A DNA stretch of 64,000 nucleotides from Victivallaceae bacterium. GTDB taxonomy: Bacteria > Verrucomicrobiota > Lentisphaeria > Victivallales > Victivallaceae. The stretch covers positions 8,883 to 72,882 of the forward strand of contig JAZTWG010000053.1 in the NCBI GenBank assembly GCA_045635745.1. The letters are read 5' to 3'. How positions within the stretch are numbered: position 1 is the stretch's first letter; each line of letters opens with the position of its first letter. The translations under genes were made by a program, and so were the position numbers. The notes under the pieces were generated by a model. The model made no database searches. It was not told the origin of the DNA and saw only the letters and a program-made list of their open reading frames with translations. This document shows, one piece after another, positions 28,424 to 37,365 of this stretch.

Positions 28424-28565
28424 AAAAAATCCCAACAGAAAAATTAGTTTTCCCGGTAATATAACGCAAAATTGTTATCTTGCAAGGTTTTTTTATGGCA
28501 AAAGTAAGTTAAGAGGTTATATTATAACGTATTTATTTAAACACATAATAGAAAAGGATTCTATC

Positions 28566-31124
28566 ATGAGCGAGTACGATTTCAAAAGAATTGAGCCCAA
28601 GTGGCAGGCACGCTGGGACAAAGAAAAACCTTTCAAGGCGCTGGACTTTTCCGACAAACCCAAATATTATGCGTTAGATATGTTTCCTTATCCCTCCGGG
28701 GCAGGGCTGCATGTGGGGCATCCGGAAGGCTATACTGCTACTGACATCATCTGCCGCTACAAGCGCATGAAGGGGTTTAACGTTCTGCACCCGATGGGTT
28801 GGGATGCATTCGGTCTGCCCGCCGAACAGTACGCGGTGGAAACCGGTACGCACCCGGAAATCACTACCAAGAAAAACGTGGACCACTTCCGCGAACAGAT
28901 CAAAGCTCTGGGGTTCAGCTACGACTGGGATCGTGAAATCAATACTACCGACAAAAATTACTACAAGTGGACCCAGTGGATCTTTATGCAGCTGCACAAA
29001 AAAGATCTGGCTTATCTCGATGAAGTGGCGGTAAACTGGTGCCCCGCACTGGGGACGGTGCTTGCCAACGAAGAAGTCATCAACGGCCGGAGCGAACGCG
29101 GCAATCACCCCGTGGAACGCCGCCCCATGAAGCAGTGGATGTTCAAGATCACCGAATATGCCGAACGTCTGCTCGAAGATCTCGACGATCTGGATTGGCC
29201 CGAAGGCATCAAAGAAATGCAGCGCAACTGGATCGGTAAGTCCACCGGTGCGGAAGTTACTTTCAAGATCGCCGATACCGATAAAACCGTAACGGTTTAC
29301 ACCACCCGCCCCGATACACTTTTCGGCGCTACTTACATGGTTTTGGCTCCTGAACACGCGCTGGTCGATGCCATTACTTCTGCCGATTGCCGGGCTACGG
29401 TCGATGCCTACCGCAAGGCCGCCGCACTCAAGAGCGATCTTGACCGTACTGAACTTGCTACCGAAAAGACCGGCGCATTTACCGGCGCTTACGCGATCAA
29501 TCCGGTCAACGGAGTCAAGATCCCGATCTGGATCGCCGACTATGTGCTGGCAAGTTACGGTACCGGTGCGATCATGGCGGTGCCGGCGCACGATACGCGC
29601 GACTTTGAATTTGCCACGGTTTTCAATCTGCCGATCAAGTGCATCATTCAGCCCGATGCCGCCGAAGCCGCCGCCGAAAAAGCCGATGTGGAAGCTATCC
29701 TTGCCGGTAAAGCCTGTTGGGCGGGCGCCGGTGTGATGATGAATTCGGCCAATGCTGAAGGTCTTGACCTCAATGGTCTGCCGGTGGAAAAGAGCAAGAA
29801 AGCCGCTACCGACTGGCTCGCTGCCCGCGGAGAAGGCAAAGAATCCACCAAGTACAAACTCCGCGACTGGCTCTTCAGCCGTCAGCGTTACTGGGGTGAA
29901 GCATTCCCGATCATTCACTACGAAGATGGCTCCATTGAGCTGGTTGATGAATCCGAACTGCCGGTCGCGCTGCCGGAAATGGACGATTTCAAACCCTCCG
30001 GCACCGGCGAACCGCCGCTGGCCAAAGCCAAAAACTGGGTGGAATACACCAATCCGCGCGATGGCAGAAAAGGACGCCGCGAAACCAATACCATGCCCCA
30101 ATGGGCGGGATCCTGCTGGTACTATCTGCGCTATATCGACGCTTGCAACAACGATAAAGCCTGGGATCCGGCAAAAGAAAAATACTGGATGCCGGTGGAT
30201 CTTTACGTTGGCGGTGCCGAGCACGCGGTGCTGCACTTGCTCTACGCGCGTTTCTGGCACAAAGTGCTGTTCGATCTCGGATTTGTTTCCACCAAAGAAC
30301 CTTTCCAGAAACTTATCAATCAGGGGATGATCCTGGGTATTTCCTACAAAGATACCCGCGGGGTGCTGGTGCCGACCAACGAAGTGGAATTCACCTCCGA
30401 AGGGCCGGTGCGTAAATCTGACGGCGAAAAACTCGTGGAGTTTCCCGCCAAGATGTCCAAGAGTTTGCGCAACGTGGTCAATCCCGACGATATTATTGAT
30501 GAATATGGTGCCGACAGTATGCGTTTGTACGAAATGTTCATGGGCGCACTCGAAGCGGTCAAACCGTGGAACACTGCCGGTGTGGAAGGCGTGCACCGCT
30601 TCCTCAAACGAGTTTATCGTGTGATCACCGAAACTCCGATTGTGGATAAACCCTGCGATAAGGATCTGGAATTTGTTTTGCATTGTTCGATCAAAAAGGT
30701 CGGCAAAGATATTGAAACATTCAACTTCAATACCGCAATCAGTCAGCTTATGGTGCTGACCAATACCTTGAGCGAACTCAAAGAGATCCCGCGCGAAGCT
30801 GCCGAAGCGCTGGTACAGATGCTGGCACCCTTTGCACCGCATGTGGGTGAAGAACTCTGGGAATTCCTCGGCCATAACGAAACGATCACCTATGTGCCGT
30901 TCCCGGCGTATGACGAAAGCAAAACCAAACTCTCCGAAGTTGACGTGCTGGTTCAGGTGCTTGGCAAGCCCAAAGCTCACGTTATGATGCCCGCCGAAGC
31001 GGATAACGATGCCATGACTGAACTGGCATTGAAAAATGCCGATGTGCAGGCGGCGATCGCCGGCAAAAATGTGGTTAAAGTCATTTGCGTGAAAGGCCGT
31101 CTGGTCAATATTGTGGTCAAATAA
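28566..31124 (+). CDS. leuS: leucine--tRNA ligase
   Basis: [17 protein letters not shown]...[17 protein letters not shown] (HIGH region) and KMSKSLRN (KMSKS). The 93-codon N-terminal extension in the track (from 28287) overlaps divergent mnmE and is rejected. Confidence 0.95.
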   Translation: MSEYDFKRIEPKWQARWDKEKPFKALDFSDKPKYYALDMFPYPSGAGLHVGHPEGYTATDIICRYKRMKGFNVLHPMGWDAFGLPAEQYAVETGTHPEITTKKNVDHFREQIKALGFSYDWDREINTTDKNYYKWTQWIFMQLHKKDLAYLDEVAVNWCPALGTVLANEEVINGRSERGNHPVERRPMKQWMFKITEYAERLLEDLDDLDWPEGIKEMQRNWIGKSTGAEVTFKIADTDKTVTVYTTRPDTLFGATYMVLAPEHALVDAITSADCRATVDAYRKAAALKSDLDRTELATEKTGAFTGAYAINPVNGVKIPIWIADYVLASYGTGAIMAVPAHDTRDFEFATVFNLPIKCIIQPDAAEAAAEKADVEAILAGKACWAGAGVMMNSANAEGLDLNGLPVEKSKKAATDWLAARGEGKESTKYKLRDWLFSRQRYWGEAFPIIHYEDGSIELVDESELPVALPEMDDFKPSGTGEPPLAKAKNWVEYTNPRDGRKGRRETNTMPQWAGSCWYYLRYIDACNNDKAWDPAKEKYWMPVDLYVGGAEHAVLHLLYARFWHKVLFDLGFVSTKEPFQKLINQGMILGISYKDTRGVLVPTNEVEFTSEGPVRKSDGEKLVEFPAKMSKSLRNVVNPDDIIDEYGADSMRLYEMFMGALEAVKPWNTAGVEGVHRFLKRVYRVITETPIVDKPCDKDLEFVLHCSIKKVGKDIETFNFNTAISQLMVLTNTLSELKEIPREAAEALVQMLAPFAPHVGEELWEFLGHNETITYVPFPAYDESKTKLSEVDVLVQVLGKPKAHVMMPAEADNDAMTELALKNADVQAAIAGKNVVKVICVKGRLVNIVVK

Positions 31125-31138
31125 CGGAGCAATAGAGC

Positions 31139-31921
31139 ATGTTTGAGTGGATGTTCGGGGATTTTTCGTGGCTGCAGATTGCGGTAATGGCACTTGGTGC
31201 GATCATTATCGGGATCAATAAAACCGCTATTCCGGCGCTGGGTGCGCTGGCGGTGGTTATGTTTACGCAGTTTTTCGATCCGGCAACCGCATCGGCGGCA
31301 GTTCTACCGCTTTTGTGCGTGGGCGATGTGCTGGCGGTTATCTGGTACCGGCGGTCGGCGAATTGGAAATTTGTTCTGAATCTGCTGCCGTGGGCGCTGG
31401 TCGGTCTGCTGCTTGGTATGGTGGTGGTACGTTGTATCAGCAACACCAATGTGCTGGGGGTGGTCATTGGTGCGATAATTCTCGGTGTGCAGCTTTTGAG
31501 CTTGACCAAGGGTAAATTTCAGAAGAAGATAGATGAATGGCGCGGCAGTATCGGTATGGCGGCAACATTCGGTATTCTTGCCGGATTCACCACGCAGGTG
31601 GCCAATGCGGCCGGACCGGTGATGGCGATCTATCTGGTGCTGATGAAATTTTCCAAAGAAGAATATATCGGGTCTGCCGCATGGTATTTTCTGATTCTCA
31701 ACTGGCTGAAACTGCCGCTGTTTGCTCTGGACGGCAGATTGACTCTGGACGTGTTGAAAATCGTACCCGGCATGGTGATTTTCCTGATCATCGGTGCGGC
31801 AGCAGGTATATTGCTGCTGAAAAATATCTCGCAAAAAAGCTTTACCAGAATAATTCAGGTACTTACCTGTCTTTGTGCATTGCGTCTTTTGTGGATGAGT
31901 ATAAGCAAGATGCTCGGGTAA
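31139..31921 (+). CDS. TauE/SafE-family (DUF81) anion exporter membrane protein
   Basis: About 7-8 hydrophobic segments with two internally similar halves, and a G-rich segment ALGAIIIGINKTAIPALGALAV, typical of the family. Confidence 0.7.
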   Translation: MFEWMFGDFSWLQIAVMALGAIIIGINKTAIPALGALAVVMFTQFFDPATASAAVLPLLCVGDVLAVIWYRRSANWKFVLNLLPWALVGLLLGMVVVRCISNTNVLGVVIGAIILGVQLLSLTKGKFQKKIDEWRGSIGMAATFGILAGFTTQVANAAGPVMAIYLVLMKFSKEEYIGSAAWYFLILNWLKLPLFALDGRLTLDVLKIVPGMVIFLIIGAAAGILLLKNISQKSFTRIIQVLTCLCALRLLWMSISKMLG

Positions 31922-31940
31922 AATATCTTTTATAATACAA

Positions 31941-31982
31941 AACGACCGGCAAGCGTAAAATGCTCTGCCGGTTGTTTTTTTG
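31941..31982. terminator. intrinsic terminator between convergent TauE-like and hydrolase genes
   Basis: AACGACCGGCA (31941..31951) pairs with TGCCGGTTGTT (31966..31976), with one G-U pair. Followed by a T-run, with an A-run upstream. Confidence 0.55.
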
Positions 31983-31997
31983 TTTCAGAAATTTATC

Positions 31998-32858
31998 TTA
32001 CTGCACTTTGAATTCCGGATAGTGGTTGAGGATAAATCCGGTCAGCGGAGTGGGGTCATCCAGCCCGTGCGGGTGATGCCCGTAGAGATCGCGGCGGATA
32101 ACTTGGATATTGCCGCCGGCTTTGAGCAATCTTTCTTCAAAAACGTCGATATTGGTTTCCGGATTTACCGATTGATCCTGTCCGCTGCGGATCGCCAGGA
32201 TCGGTATGCGTTTTTCAGCGATCCGCTGATAGTTATTAAGCGGATTTTTTGGGTGATTTTTCAGCTCTTCCGGAGTGTTTACATTATATGCTTTGTAATG
32301 TTTGGCCGTTTCGTTCCGCAGAAATTCTTTCAAGCCTTCCGGCGAATTCTGCAAATCACGTTCAGCGGTAAATGCAAGGCTGCATACCGGCGCATCCAGA
32401 TAGATCGCGCCCACGGTTTCCGGGTGTTCTGCCGCCCAGCGCAGTGAAAAAAGTCCGCCGTAGCTCATGCCGATAAGGGCGGCTTTTTTGTGAAAGTGCA
32501 TACTCTGCAGCAGCGCGTAGAATTTTTCGAGCTTTTTTACTCCTTCATCGTTCATATAAGTAGCAAATACATCGAAATGAACATGATGAAAACCCCGCTC
32601 CAGCAACTGCAGTGCCGGTGTGCGCGGCACAAATGCTTCTGCCCATTGCAGACACCAGCTCCACGGCAGCCCCGGTGCCGGGTGAGGAGGTTCCACGATA
32701 AAACCTTTGCCGAATTCCGTTTCAAAATTATGCCGCCGGTAGCCGTACCACTCCACAGTTTCGCCCGCCGGATAATTGATATGATTTTCGGCACTGAAAA
32801 GATATTTTTCTTTGCCCGCGCTGGTCAGCGCGGAATAGGTCATACTGTTTTTCGCCAT
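31998..32858 (-). CDS. alpha/beta-fold hydrolase (esterase/peptidase-like)
   Basis: Nucleophile elbow GMSYGG and a C-terminal GHHPHG region. No signal peptide seen. Confidence 0.7.
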   Translation of the reverse strand: MAKNSMTYSALTSAGKEKYLFSAENHINYPAGETVEWYGYRRHNFETEFGKGFIVEPPHPAPGLPWSWCLQWAEAFVPRTPALQLLERGFHHVHFDVFATYMNDEGVKKLEKFYALLQSMHFHKKAALIGMSYGGLFSLRWAAEHPETVGAIYLDAPVCSLAFTAERDLQNSPEGLKEFLRNETAKHYKAYNVNTPEELKNHPKNPLNNYQRIAEKRIPILAIRSGQDQSVNPETNIDVFEERLLKAGGNIQVIRRDLYGHHPHGLDDPTPLTGFILNHYPEFKVQ

Positions 32859-32877
32859 TTTTTTGCTCCCTGATATT

Positions 32878-34128
32878 TCAATTTGATTGTTTGTGACAGG
32901 TTTCCGGCATCAGGCAGGCTGCAATAAAACTGATCACCGCCCCGATCAGGAAAAAGCTGTATACTGCCTGATAAGCTTCAAGTGAAAATGCCAGCGATCC
33001 GGCTTGCGTCGGAAAGGCTTTGAGGATATATCCGGTAATATTTTGATACATGGATATAAAGACAAAGGCCATAAAATTGATAAATGCTACCGACATGCCA
33101 ACATATTTTTCATCGTTGAGTTCTTTGGCCACGGTGCTGAAGATTGCAAAAAATCCCGCCGGAAATGCGGTACATACCGCTGCTGCGATAAACCATATTC
33201 CTGAAAGCGAAGCGGCAAAAACATATTTGGCCAGCAATATACCCGTCAGTGAAAACGCAGTCCCCAGCAGAATGACCAGTTTGCGCCGGTTGCCGAAAAG
33301 TTTGAGTATGATATTTACCACTACATTGTTTACTGCCACGATCACGGTCAGGCTCATGATGCACGCTGCTGCTTTGCCTGAACTGAAGTGGAAAAGGTCA
33401 ATAAATATTTTCTGCCCGATCTGCCCCACCAGCGCATAATAAGTGCCGTATACTGCTGCACAGGCAAAGCAGCTTATCCAGAGTCTGTGATTTTTTATCA
33501 TTACATAAAGCGGTTCCAGAGTCTGCCCACCGATAACCGGTTTTATCGTGCCGCGCATACAGCAGATGATGATCAGCATGGGGATCAATGCAACTGTTCC
33601 CGGCGTGATCATAGCCATTTGCCACCCAACTGTTTCCACCAGTTTTACCATCGGCATTGTGCCGGTGGTCGGGCCGAGATAGCTGAAAAGCAGCACTGCC
33701 CCAAGCGCAATGCTGAATTTGCCCGGAAACAGGTCTCCCAGCAGTTTGGCTACACCCAGAAAAATCGTACCCGCACCGAATCCGGTTATCACCCGGAACA
33801 GCAGCATAAGGTAATAATTGCTCATCAATGGAAAGATGATCGTTCCGGCGGCGAACATGCTTCCGCCGATAAGCAGTATGCGTACCCCGCCGTAGCGGTC
33901 GGAAAAACACCCCATCACCAGCTGACTTGCGGCGTAGGAGTAGAGAAAAGCCGCTCCCAGCGAGGATATTTTTGTTACATCCATATTCATTTTCAAAAGA
34001 TCCTGAAAGATCGTGGCTGGAATCAGCACTTTGGCCATACTGGTCAGAAAAAAGATCAATATGCCGCAGAAAAGAATAAACATTTTCTTTTGCCGCAGTA
34101 CATTATCGGACAAAACTTCTGAAGACAT
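32878..34128 (-). CDS. MFS transporter
   Basis: About 12 hydrophobic segments and the loop motif GCFSDRYGGVRIL (MFS signature between TM2 and TM3). ATG at 34128 lies 7 nt after GGAG. Confidence 0.8.
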   Translation of the reverse strand: MSSEVLSDNVLRQKKMFILFCGILIFFLTSMAKVLIPATIFQDLLKMNMDVTKISSLGAAFLYSYAASQLVMGCFSDRYGGVRILLIGGSMFAAGTIIFPLMSNYYLMLLFRVITGFGAGTIFLGVAKLLGDLFPGKFSIALGAVLLFSYLGPTTGTMPMVKLVETVGWQMAMITPGTVALIPMLIIICCMRGTIKPVIGGQTLEPLYVMIKNHRLWISCFACAAVYGTYYALVGQIGQKIFIDLFHFSSGKAAACIMSLTVIVAVNNVVVNIILKLFGNRRKLVILLGTAFSLTGILLAKYVFAASLSGIWFIAAAVCTAFPAGFFAIFSTVAKELNDEKYVGMSVAFINFMAFVFISMYQNITGYILKAFPTQAGSLAFSLEAYQAVYSFFLIGAVISFIAACLMPETCHKQSN

Positions 34129-34337
34129 AAAAACTCCTGATTGCATCGTTGATTGATTTACTATACAATATATTCAGCTTTTTTCAAACTTCTTTGCCGT
34201 GGGGGCGACCGGTTTCGGGTTTTTTTACAGATTTTTTTTTGACAACTTGATTTTACCGCATTATATTGTGAATGTTCTTCCGGCAAACTCTCTTTGCGGA
34301 TAGAAAGAGCATTGGAATTTTATCAACCCAGGAGTTT

Positions 34338-34844
34338 ATGATGAAAAAAATCAAAGTTCAGCAGCTTTCACGCGATTCTTTCCACAAATTCGGCGATTAT
34401 GCAATGCTTATCGATCCGTTGAGTGAACCGGCTACCGGAGCCAAGGATGCCACGGTGGCGTTTTTCCGCGATATGCTGCCGGTGGAACTCGGCGGTGCTG
34501 CTCCCTCGTTTTCCACTTGCCGCATCATGCCCCGGGATATGGTGGTAACCGATGCCGAATATCATAATTTTACCTGTGAAGCAGCTATGCCGCTGGATCA
34601 GGATGCGATCATCTGGGTGGCGCCCGCCGGTGCTTCCATGGAATTGAATGCCGATGAGGTCGAAGCTTTTTATGTGCCGCAGGGCACGATCGTAAAATTG
34701 CGTCCCGGAGTATGGCATCACGCGCTTTTTGCTGTGGAAAACCGGCCGCTCAATGTTATGATTGTACTGCCGGAGCGTGCTTATCTCAACGATATTCACT
34801 GCGTAAGTGTACCCGCTGAAGATCAGGTTATGGTTGAAGCATAA
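34338..34844 (+). CDS. ureidoglycolate lyase (AllA)-like cupin-fold protein
   Basis: N-terminus KVQQLSRDSFHKFGDYAMLI resembles the AllA-family start (L..E.F..FG.VI). About 168 aa. GGAG RBS. Weak assignment made from memory. Confidence 0.45.
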   Translation: MMKKIKVQQLSRDSFHKFGDYAMLIDPLSEPATGAKDATVAFFRDMLPVELGGAAPSFSTCRIMPRDMVVTDAEYHNFTCEAAMPLDQDAIIWVAPAGASMELNADEVEAFYVPQGTIVKLRPGVWHHALFAVENRPLNVMIVLPERAYLNDIHCVSVPAEDQVMVEA

Positions 34845-34871
34845 CGCTTTTGTGCAAATATAACAGAAACA

Positions 34872-34916
34872 GGCTGTGGCAAAACCTCAAAACAGGTTGG
34901 CTGCAGCCCATTTTTT
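34872..34916 (+). terminator. intrinsic terminator
   Basis: Long imperfect hairpin GGCTGTGGCAAAACCT-CAAAAC-AGGTTGGCTGCAGCC followed by CATTTTTT. Confidence 0.6.
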
Positions 34917-35018
34917 GCACAGCATATATTTCCGGTAACATTTTGTGAAGTGTTCTGAAAAATCAATATGAAATAAACCGGATCATTTGTTATATCTTAT
35001 TTATTAAAAATAAGTTGG

Positions 35019-35136
35019 GGCTGTTGCAAAAATGCCGAAAGTCAACAGCAACAAGCGCGGTCAGCGCCCGTCTTCATTGTATTACGCCGCGGGTGCTGTT
35101 GGTTAGCTGCATTATGTCTGGAGTTTTGCAACAGCC
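35019..35136. repeat. nested perfect inverted repeats (candidate structured RNA or operator cluster)
   Basis: GGCTGTTGCAAAA (35019..35031) is the exact reverse complement of TTTTGCAACAGCC (35124..35136). Inside, CAACAGCA (35043..35050) pairs with TGCTGTTG (35094..35101), with further GC-rich pairings between them. The element lies in a convergent intergenic region. Confidence 0.4.
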
Positions 35137-35243
35137 TCTGCAAAAGTTTTTGGCAGATGGGGGTGGGGAAAAGAACCTTTTTCAAAAAAAGTTTTTTCCC
35201 CGCAAAAAAATTTGCAAACCACTCTGTCTGCTGATATGAGAAC

Positions 35244-36635
35244 TTACCGCTCAAAAATGAAGATATTGCGGGCTTCGCCGATGGCGTTTTCGTCAAAGTT
35301 CACTCCGGCGATCACCAACTGCAGGCGTTTGCCTTCTTTGGGTACTTTTACAAAGCTGCCGCGATACCCGAAATAACAGTTTTTCTTATATGTGAACCCA
35401 TCGCATTTGATGACTTTGCCGCTGGCATCGAGAATTCTTGCGTGGATATTGAACGAACTCTCTTTGCCGACCGGCAGTACAGCCCGGATTGAAGCGATGA
35501 TTTCCAGCGTTTTGCCGCCGACATCCGGGTGGTCGATATCGATGATCTTGGACATGACCTTTCTGCCCCGTGCGTTTTTGCCCGGCAGCGTTATCAGATT
35601 GCCGTCGATCACAAAATCATCATTGCCGGTGCCGCTTTTCAGAGTATAGACATCACAAGCCCAGCGCCAGGGATATTTCGGATCGGGGGCAAACGGTTTG
35701 CTGTCAAGTATTTCTCTGTAATAGCGCTTGATGTTCTGCGCGGTAACTGCATCATCGCTCAAGATGCCGTCCAGCAGAATATTGGCGATCACCGGACCGT
35801 TTTCAGTCATGGTTACATAAGTTATATGGTCAAATTCGCCGTATTCCACCCCCCGCATCTGGGAAACACCACCGGCGGTGGCCAGCACATAATAATCATG
35901 GCCATCGCGCTTGAACTTTATGTAGTGATGCCAGTCGCCGGCAAAACAGGTGTATTTGCGCTGCTTCAGAACTTGCTGGATCCTGATATAAGCCGGGCTG
36001 ATCCATGCGCTCGGATTATGCACAAAAACCATTGTCCAGCGCACTTTCGGATTCTTATTCAAAACATCGATTGCCCAATCGGCCTGCTGATCGGTGATAC
36101 CCACTTGCGGCACGCGCGAGTCCCGGCCTTCCATACTGTTCAGGCAGATAAAGAGCACGTCTTTGTAAATGAAACTGTAGTAAGTGTTGGGGCCGGCAAA
36201 TTCTTTCCAGACCATTGCGCTGTTGTCATTGGCACGCGGAAAACCTTTGCGGTTGACCGAGATATCGTGGTTGCCGGGCAGATAAAAGAAGGGAGCCTGC
36301 GATTTTGCAGTAAAGCTTGCCAGCTCTTTCCACTGTTCGCGCAAATGCCCGGGCGATTGTTTGGCGATGTCGGTCGGCCCCTGAATAAGGTCGCCGACGG
36401 TCATGATAAAATCAGGCTGGAGCGAATTGGCTTTTGTTATTGCCTGTTCAAATATGCCCGGACGTTCGCTGCCGGTACGGTCGGGAATGATGATAAAGGA
36501 GAATTTTTCATCTCCGGCAATAAAATTTTCGTGTGTCCACGGTTTTTTCCCTTCCGGCAGGGAGTGTTTGAAGTTTTCGCCGGCAATTAAAGCGGCTGCA
36601 GACAGCAATAAAGCCAAGAATAAAAATTTACGCAT
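35244..36635 (-). CDS. secreted calcineurin-like metallophosphoesterase with C-terminal beta-rich domain
   Basis: Signal peptide MRKFLFLALLLSAAALIAG. Motifs IIIPDRTG, TVGDLI, PGNHD, VFVHNP. ATG at 36635 is preceded by AGGAG. Confidence 0.8.
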   Translation of the reverse strand: MRKFLFLALLLSAAALIAGENFKHSLPEGKKPWTHENFIAGDEKFSFIIIPDRTGSERPGIFEQAITKANSLQPDFIMTVGDLIQGPTDIAKQSPGHLREQWKELASFTAKSQAPFFYLPGNHDISVNRKGFPRANDNSAMVWKEFAGPNTYYSFIYKDVLFICLNSMEGRDSRVPQVGITDQQADWAIDVLNKNPKVRWTMVFVHNPSAWISPAYIRIQQVLKQRKYTCFAGDWHHYIKFKRDGHDYYVLATAGGVSQMRGVEYGEFDHITYVTMTENGPVIANILLDGILSDDAVTAQNIKRYYREILDSKPFAPDPKYPWRWACDVYTLKSGTGNDDFVIDGNLITLPGKNARGRKVMSKIIDIDHPDVGGKTLEIIASIRAVLPVGKESSFNIHARILDASGKVIKCDGFTYKKNCYFGYRGSFVKVPKEGKRLQLVIAGVNFDENAIGEARNIFIFER

Positions 36636-36869
36636 TAAAATCTCCTGTTTTGTTATTGTTTTCAATATTCTGTATTGCTTAATATACCATAAAAATCAGC
36701 TGGTGTCAAGCCCTGGTGATTGGAGAAAAGTCCATAATTTGCAAATATGTCGGGACAGGCGCGATTTGAAATGAAATTTTCATATATATTTAAACATTTT
36801 TTATTTGATTTTATTGCTTAATAATGCTATTGTATGGCTATGAAACTATAGGATAATTGTGTACTTTTT

Positions 36870-37232
36870 ATGTGGCAGTGTCGTAAAATTTATGCTAACT
36901 TATTGCTGCTGAGTGTGTTGCTTTTTTCGCTCGGTGCGGCTGTGCGTCCGGCTTACAGTACGCTTTTTGCCGGGGGGACGGCAACGTGGAGCGCTCCGGC
37001 AGAAAATGTTGAGTTCCGTTGGGAAGCTCATGGAGCTGCAGTTGTCTATCGCAGTCAGCAGATAACAGCGGTTACAGCCGGTGATTGGGATTTGATCGTG
37101 CCGGAAGGCTGGTGCGATCTGCGATTGACAGGTCCTGAAGAAAAATCTTTTGTTGAGTGTTGGCGTCAGAATAACGGAGCATCTGTTCTGCTGCCGGTCG
37201 GCAGGGCACCGCCCGCGAAGGGCAATTGCTGA
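36870..37232 (+). CDS. hypothetical small secreted protein
   Basis: 120-aa ORF with a signal-peptide-like N-terminus (LLLLSVLLFSLGAAVRPAYS) and no competing ORF. Followed by a short hairpin plus T-run. No family recognised. Confidence 0.4.
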   Translation: MWQCRKIYANLLLLSVLLFSLGAAVRPAYSTLFAGGTATWSAPAENVEFRWEAHGAAVVYRSQQITAVTAGDWDLIVPEGWCDLRLTGPEEKSFVECWRQNNGASVLLPVGRAPPAKGNC

Positions 37233-37249
37233 TTTTGTGATTGGGAGCG

Positions 37250-37267
37250 AACCGTGAACGGTTTTTT
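37250..37267 (+). terminator. weak intrinsic terminator
   Basis: AACCG-TGAA-CGGTT followed by TTTT. The stem is only 5 bp. Confidence 0.3.
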
Positions 37268-37365
37268 GAGCTCTGTAAATTTTGTTGGATTTTTTTCAGT
37301 AAGTTTTGAGATAAATAATAATAAACCAGAATGGGTCTTGTAAAAGACTTCCGGGAGTTGACAGC

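Noticed and set aside
28287-28565. 93-codon N-terminal extension of the leuS ORF in the track
   Set aside because: It would run through the divergent mnmE 5' end and the shared promoter region. LeuRS homology begins at [13 protein letters not shown] (ATG 28566).
28424-28565. T-box leader upstream of leuS
   Set aside because: The leader is only ~140 nt, AT-rich, and lacks a T-box sequence or a specifier/antiterminator architecture.
28674-31193. 839-aa minus-strand ORF opposite leuS
   Set aside because: It has the same codon-register shadow effect as for gyrA. The sense strand carries the HIGH and KMSKS motifs of LeuRS, and the antisense product has no recognisable features.
35015-35239. 74-aa plus-strand ORF across the nested inverted repeats
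   Set aside because: It has a TTG start, no RBS, and runs through hairpins and terminators. The region is better explained as structured non-coding DNA or RNA.
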